Shown one piece after another: positions 52,101 through 60,479 of a DNA stretch of 63,886 nucleotides (positions are counted from its first letter, which is position 1; every line of letters begins with the position of its first letter). This stretch comes from Octopus bimaculoides. Lineage: Eukaryota. The notes beneath the pieces were generated by a model. The model was not told the origin of the DNA. It worked only from the letters and a program-made list of their open reading frames with translations, and made no database searches. The translations under genes were made by a program, and so were the position numbers. The stretch spans positions 7,238,742 through 7,302,627 of the forward strand of contig NC_068990.1 in NCBI RefSeq assembly GCF_001194135.2, given 5' to 3'.

Positions 52101-55100
52101 TTGAGTCAAATGGATAAATGGACATTTTACAAAGGTTCCTGAAGACTCTTTTACTTAAAAAAAAATCTGTTTTTTATTAAACTACGCCTGGTGTATTTTT
52201 AAAAATATCTAATTAAAAAAATAACTTACACGAATCCTTAAATTAACTGCCTTCTCAAACTCTTCCCAAAATTGGTGAATTGGTTTAAGTAATGTCTTGG
52301 TAGATTTATCAGATTGAGGAGTATTTAATTCAGTGCAATATATTCAACAATCAAATCCTGTGAAGGTAACTATGTTTTTCATCTTCTTTAAGTTGATAGA
52401 AATGCACCAATCTAGAAGAGTTCATTGATGGAACCATAAGAACATTGGACTGAATGTCTTTGTTCCAGCGCTTTGTGTTGTTCTAAGTTGAAATCCCATT
52501 GTGGCCTACTTGGATGGCAGACTCTATCCATCACCTGACTGAACACCAATACCTGACACCTTTGTTAACCTTAGCGGAGTCCACTTTCTTACAAGCATCC
52601 AGGTCTGCTCACTACTTTGAAGATACCTTCCTCCTTTGCTCCCACTCACTTTGGAAGGCCTGTGAAAGGTCACAGGCTCTACCTTTCCGCCTGATTGAAA
52701 GATAAAACAAAGGAAACTAAACTGATTCTGTTATTTATCACTTTATTTGATAGATCGTATACAACATCAAACCTAATGGATGACCTCAAGCATCTTTATC
52801 GTACTTCTGGACAGTACGGGAAAGGTATTACCTTTCTGTTTACTGACAATGAAATCAAAGAAGAAGGTTTTCTTGGCTTTTTGAATAATATCCTTGCAAC
52901 AGGAGAAGTAAGTTTTTTGGCAGATCTTGCATTCTTAGGAATAAAACAATAAATAAATAAATAAATAAATAAAAGATTAACCCTTTAGCATTCAGATTAC
53001 TCTATCAAGTGCAATGCTTATTGCATTGTTTTGAAGTGATCTTGTAGCTTTGAGATTTTGATGAAGTGATTGTTTCTTTTCTGAATGACATTGTAGGGTA
53101 GGTGTGAGCAGTCAGATGTGGACAGTTTGCACATAAAACAAGTAGAATATTTGGGCTAGATAGGTCCAGTTCAAATGTTAGTGGGTTAATGTTAAATATT
53201 TATCAATAACTTACACTTTGAATCTCACAGCCAAATAATTCCCTCATCTAGTTTGGGAGTAATATTGAAGATCACTGATATTTAATGGTGTTTTTCATTT
53301 GTGAAATTCCATACAAAAGAAGAAAAAATGTTTTGAATATCCTATTGTCTGCAATATGTTAAAAATTTTTAGAATATTTGGAGGGTACACCTGTAGCAGT
53401 TAAATACTGAGTTTAGGTTAATTTCTTTTAAAAATTTAAAGTAGTGAGAAGCTGATTATCATTGATCTCAATGGTTAATGATTGTAGTGATGTGTTGTTT
53501 ATTGTTGCCAATGGTAATAATGACAATGATGAAGAGAGCACGGATCTATTTTAAAACGGGGGCCACAGTATTTTCTTAACGAAACACTTTGAAACTTGGA
53601 ACAACACTGGTAGAATGTGTCATATAAAACATCTTTTTCTCTTAGTCTTCTTAAAAAAAAAAAGAAATCCCTAAGTTATTCCATGTTAAAGTTGTCGTAT
53701 TTCTGTAATTTCAACCAATCACTGACGTCCATTCAGCCGATATACATTAAGTGCCGACTACATAAACAAACGATTCTGAAACAATTCTATCCGTGAAAAA
53801 ATTATTAATTCCTTGTCAAAAAATGGCTGAAGCATATTGGCAGTAGCTAATAAACCTTTCTATTATAGGCTAACCCTAACCCTAACCGTAGGGTTNNNNN
53901 NNNNNNNNNNNNNNNNNNNNNNNNNNNNNNNNNNNNNNNNNNNNNNNNNNNNNNNNNNNNNNNNNNNNNNNNNNNNNNNNNNNNNNNNNNNNNNNNNNNN
54001 NNNNNNNNNNNNNNNNNNNNNNNNNNNNNNNNNNNNNNNNNNNNNNNNNNNNNNNNNNNNNNNNNNNNNNNNNNNNNNNNNNNNNNNNNNNNNNNNNNNN
54101 NNNNNNNNNNNNNNNNNNNNNNNNNNNNNNNNNNNNNNNNNNNNNNNNNNNNNNNNNNNNNNNNNNNNNNNNNNNNNNNNNNNNNNNNTAAATTCGAATA
54201 CAAAAATATTTTTCTGTTCTATAACACAAAATAGATAAGTATACGAAGTTTGAAAGTCTTTCGGTACCAAAAACACTACGTAAAACATTAATGAAAACTG
54301 TGGCCCCCGTTTTAAAATAGATCAGAGAGCACTTTTAGTGAGGATTGTTTCATTGAAAATAATATTGGTTTCTTTATTTCCACTGAATTATTTTATTCCT
54401 GTTTCAGGTTGCCAACTTGTTTGCCAGAGATGAAATTGATGAAATTATTCAGGAATTATTTGTTCCAATGAAGAGGGACTTTCCAAGACGTCCTCCGACA
54501 AATGAGAATTGCTATGATTATTATCTTAGCCGTGTCAAGAAGAATTTGCATGTGGTTTTGTGTTTCTCCCCAGTAGGTGTTATTCATGAACTTTTCCAAT
54601 ACCCATTGGTTTACTTTATTTTTCACATAGTAACATAGTTGTACTGGTATGTTACATTTATGTTCTATTTGATAGTTACCAAGTACATTCAAATTCTACA
54701 CACAGTTTTTACTGTTTTTTTTTTAACTGTTTTTGCAATAGTCTATGCTTCTTTAAATTTTCAAACTATAATTTCTTTATCTAAATCCATCTTCTGTAAA
54801 CTGTCTCACTGGAATCATTTGAAATCCTTTGCTCATTCTGTATTTAACAGAACTTATTTTCCTCTAAAACTTTATTCATTCATATTTTCTATCTAACTAT
54901 TATCCTGTAATAGCTAAAATTAAACAATTTAGCCAATTCTCCATAGATTGTTGTTTTAAGAAAATCGAAAAAAGTTCCAATCCACTCCTCTGAGTGGGTT
55001 CCTACCACAACCAGACTATAGAATGTTTTTTTGCTCCAAAAGAATACTTATTTAGGGTATTACATGGTGTATGCCGCCTTAAGGAATACGGTAACCTCAC

Positions 55101-58100
55101 TGAGAAATTCAGATGTTAATCTCTCTTACTTTAAATACATACAAATCTACAAAGACAACTAACTTCTATAAAACTTTGTATCTATTTCCATCAATAAAAA
55201 CAATTAAGTGTTCTCATGAGTCACATCAACCAATGATGTAAAATTATTCAGTTATTGAATCTGACTATCTTCAGAATAACACTTAACACTAAAACAAAAA
55301 TATTATAACAATTGCAACGTGGAAGATATTTGTAAGCCATTTAAGAACACACAAAAACCGTTCGATTCACTTCAACATTTAAATATTAATTTATCAAAAT
55401 ATTTTCATTGCTTTGAAACCATGACCTGTTCACTGACAAAACTTTGTACTAATCACTAGAAAACTGAGTTACACTAATAAACAGCGGATAACTAAAATAA
55501 ATCATAATTCTTATGCATCTGACGTCTAGGCATTTATTTATTTTAGAATGTTTATTTATTTAGTGTCATATTTGGGGAAGACTTCTGAAATGTCATTTTT
55601 GCTTGAGCTAAAATGCAATTTATTTCTAAACTGTTACTATATGTACATGATTTAGAAGGGCTCTTTCTGGAATCCTGTTTTCGTATATATAGATACTTGC
55701 TTCTGCCGCTTAGGCAGTACCCAATAACAAACTAATTGCATGTTAGATTACACAATGATCACACTATGGTCAATGAAAGATTGTCTGGTCGAAGATTGTC
55801 TTTTATATTTAGGTTTACAAATAAAACCAATAAAAGCAACTGTGATATAAATGTTGTAATAACATTAAAGCTTAAACATGATATTAATAAAATCGTGTCT
55901 TATTCTTTCTTAGAGAACACCAATCATTGTCATTGTTTTGTTTCTTGCTTCAGGTTGGAGAGAAATTCCGAAGCCGAGCATTGCAGTTCCCTGGTTTGAT
56001 TTCTGGATGTACCATGGACTGGTTTCAAGGTTGGCCAAGAGATGCTCTGGTGGCTGTGTCCAATCATTTCCTTGGATCTTTTGAAATAATTTGTTCAAAT
56101 CCTGTGAAAGAAGCTGTGATAGAGACTATGGGTGCTTATCAGGTTAGTTGTAGAGTTTTTGTGAACAGCCAACACTTCTTTATTTGTTCACCTTTCTACT
56201 ATAAGACTCCTCCATTTTAATTTTGATAGTTTCAGTAATTCAGAAACGTTGCATGCAGTCAAGGTAAGGCTTCACTTTCCTCATGGAAAATGGTGAGTTA
56301 GTAATTCTACTTTGATATTTTGTCTTGTTTACAGAGTGACACTGAATATATACACTCATCGGGTAGCTGATCTTGTTGAATCCTAAGCTAATTAACTAAT
56401 AGTATAGAGACTGGTTCATGTTACAGGGGGAGAATTGTAACTGAATAGAAAAACAGAGAAACAGAAAATTAAAAATGGGTGCAAAGTAAAGCATTGTAAT
56501 ATTCTCTGACTTACTGTCGACCTGATATCTCTCTGCCTTACAGTCATTCACAGCTGTTTTAAAACAAATTCATGTTAATACAAATCAGTGAATGTTAGCA
56601 TAATGAAGTTTATTCTTTATTTCATTCAGGATATTGTGTCTGGATTATCTGTTGAATATTTCAACAGCTACCGCCGACAGACACACGTAACACCAAAATC
56701 TTACTTATCCTTCATCAAAGGATATAAACAAATATATACTGAGAAGAAAAAAGAAATTGGATTTCTGGCTAATCGGATGAATACAGGTATAGCAATGATC
56801 TACTTTTGAACCGTTATCGAGGAAGTTGAACATTTTGGAATAGCTCATTAATTTACTTGCTTAGAAATCAAGGCAATCAGTGGTCTAGTGGTTAGTTTGT
56901 TGGATTCACAATCATAATGTCATGGGTTTAATTTCTGAACTGGAGATCAAATCTATGACCTTCAGTAAGGCACTTTGTTTCATATTGCTCCAGTCTATTC
57001 AACTGTCATGAGTGTCAACCAAATGTTGGTGTAATTCTCTCTCTCTCTCACCAACCTTCACATCCTCCATGTTCCATTAGGTCAAGAGTGAGAGTGCCAA
57101 GAAGGTGGCTGTCGGCTTATGGCTTCATAGGCTTCTAAAACGATTAGTGAAAGCATGATACATTCTACCTGGCCAAACACGCTTGCAGGTAACGACTACA
57201 TGTGCAACCAAGGCTGATCAGTGTCTTAGGAACCGAGTTATTGTTATTGCATTGGAATTTCTTTTCTTTTCTTATATTTCTTAGTGACTAACTTTTAGGG
57301 GTAATGCTACAGGATAGATGGTTCTGGCAATGAATAGCAGTCAACAGGCCTAAAAAATATCTACAAATTCAGTAACAAACTATAATTAAGGAAATGTGCA
57401 TCCTCAACAATATTTAACATCCATTTTCAATGATGGCATAGGTTAGATGGCTTGACAGGAACTGGTAAGGCCTGGGACTGCATCAGGTCCCGTGGTCTGT
57501 TTAAACTTGGTTTCAATGGCTGGATGCCCTTCCCAGTGCCAATTACTTCACAGAGTGTATTGGGTGCATTGTACATGGCACCATCACCAGTGCTTTTTGC
57601 AAGGCAGCAGTACTCACACCGATGCTTTTTATGTGGTACCTTGGTTTTATGATCTCAATTCTGTTGTGGTGGGCAGGTGTATTCAGTTACAGCAATGTAC
57701 CATATATCTCAGTCCTTTGTCATCTCTGTGCATATCAAATATAAACAGGGTTTGTAAAATGTTGCATGAAAAAACATGAACCCACTGAGGTTATCCAAGC
57801 AATAGGCATAACCGGTTCCCTGAAACAGTGTTTAAAATCTAAAAACAAACCAGAGAGATAACTCGTTGTCATCGTCATCATCATCATCATCAACATCCTG
57901 ACATTGGCCTTCATCACTTCACCCAACATCTTCCTGATTCTCTCACTTTCACATGTGTTCTGTCTACTCTAAGTGCTCGCTACATCTTTGGACAGCTTAC
58001 CTCATTCATACACATCCCCTGCTCCAATAGTTTTCCCCTCATCTACATTATATCTGATTCCACTTTTTTTCATTTTTTCTCACAAAACATTTGTACTCTG

Positions 58101-58773
58101 TCATTGAAACACAGACATTGCACATCCAGTGTTGACTTCAGTTTTCCTAAGTCCTCTACAAGAACTCAGAAGATTGGGGCTCTAGCGAGACCTTTTGTGA
58201 TACCCTTGAAGCTAGGAACTTTACAGAACCCCCTTGAGTACACACACACACACACCTACATACAGATTCATGACAAATATACACCCCTTTACAGAGGTAG
58301 AAGCATATATGAATGTGTGTGTATGTGTGTAAGTATGTTTTAAGTGTATACTTATATTCCTAAGTAAATGTAAGTTTCTACACCGTATCTTTATTTATTT
58401 CTTAGAATTACTGTCGTCTTTTGATGCTAATTATCTTTAATTTGAATTCCAATACCTATTCAAAGTTATTTACACCATCATAAAGTAATTAAACTCTGTT
58501 TAATAGTGACAATTCACGATATACATCTTTCCTTAGATACTGCAACGTAGACTTTGAGGCTATCTGCTGGTCTCCTTATACTTCTCACTCCTTACAATTA
58601 TAAATACTCTACATGACAAATTACAGCAATAATTTAATTACTTCTTTTCTGAAGATGTGTTACTGGGGTTACTTTACATGTTGTGTACTGTGCAATCACT
58701 ATTTCTAAAATATTAATGTAACGTAAGCAAAGGATGGATAAATTAATCTGTTTTGTTTTCCTTTGTTATTTAA

Positions 58774-58833
<60 letters not shown>

Positions 58834-59384
58834 NNNNNNNNNNNNNNNNNNNNNNNNNNNNNNNNNNNNNNNNNNNNNNNNNNNNNNNNNNNNNNNNNNN
58901 NNNNNNNNNNNNNNNNNNNNNNNNNNNNNNNNNNNNNNNNNNNNNNNNNNNNNNNNNNNNNNNNNNNNNNNNNNNNNNNNNNNNNNNNNNNNNNNNNNNN
59001 NNNNNNNNNNNNNNNNNNNNNNNNNNNNNNNNNNNNNNNNNNNNNNNNNNNNNNNNNNNNNNNNNNNNNNNNNNNNNNNNNNNNNNNNNNNNNNNNNNNN
59101 NNNNNNNNNNNNNNNNNNNNNNNNNNNNNNNNNNNNNNNNNNNNNNNNNNNNNNNNNNNNNNNNNNNNNNNNNNNNNNNNNNNNNNNNNNNNNNNNNNNN
59201 NNNNNNNNNNNNNNNNNNNNNNNNNNNNNNNNNNNNNNNNNNNNNNNNNNNNNNNNNNNNNNNNNNNNNNNNNNNNNNNNNNNNNNNNNNNNNNNNNNNN
59301 NNNNNNNNNNNNNNNNNNNNNNNNNNNNNNNNNNNNNNNNNNNNNNNNNNNNNNNNNNNNNNNNNNNNNNNNNNNNNNNNNNNN

Positions 59385-59420
<36 letters not shown>

Positions 59421-60440
59421 CTTGCATGCATGCATATTTTGAGTCAGGGCATGTGTAGATTTGCATGTTTTGTTTTATGTTTTTGTGCATGTATATATTT
59501 TTTATTGTTTACTTGTTTTGGCCACTGGACTGTGGTCAGTCTGGGTCACTGCTTTGAAAGGTTTTAGCCAAGCACAATGGCCTTGCTCATATTTTTTAAG
59601 ACAGTTACTTATTCTGTCAGTTTGTTTTACCAAACCACAAAGTTACAGAGACGGTAACTTCCACGGTTTCTGTCCATCAAATTCACTCACAAGGCAATTG
59701 GTTGGCCTGGGGCTTGAGTAGAAGTTACTTGCCTGAGATGCTGCACACAGTGGGACTGAAACTGAAGTCACATTGTTGCAAAGAAGGCTTCTTAACCACA
59801 CAGCCATGTCTGTACCGATTTATTATTATTGTTTTATTGCATTATATTTATTTATCTTTTTCTGTTAACAAGTCTTGAATTGATTGGAAAACAAATTTAT
59901 AATGTCACTTCACCAAATTATTATATTCTTTTTCCTTCCTTTGACTGTGTTCTGAACTCTTTGTTGATATTTTGCAGGTCTAAATAAATTGGTGGAGGCT
60001 TCTGAAGCAGTCAACGAACTCTCATTGGAACTTGTTGAGAAAGAAAAAGAGCTTGAAATTGCTTCCCAAGAAGCAGACATCGTTTTAAAGGAAGTCACCA
60101 TAAAAGCTCAAGCAGCTGAAAAGGTTAAGCGTCAAGTACAAGCGGTGAAGGACAAAGCGCAGGCAATTGTAGATGCTATATCAGTAAGTTTACTTGATTA
60201 ATTAATCATAGATCCTGCCATGTGATCACCTGATTTACTTAATGTGACTAACGAAAGTTTTCAAAATTGATTATGATCTTTGAAAGGACTGTTTGTACAA
60301 TAGATCTTAGAATTTTCATCTAAGTTTTGACTCTCATAATTCCTTAGTGACCAATATCATTCCTATATCACTGTCTAAAACTTATTCACAAACTAGTCTA
60401 CTATATCTCATTCTTATTGTTTTGTAGCCTGCATAAGATA

Positions 60441-60479
<39 letters not shown>

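Noticed and set aside
58734-59567. Long ORFs of 221-277 aa
   Set aside because: Produced by (TG)n plus an N gap.
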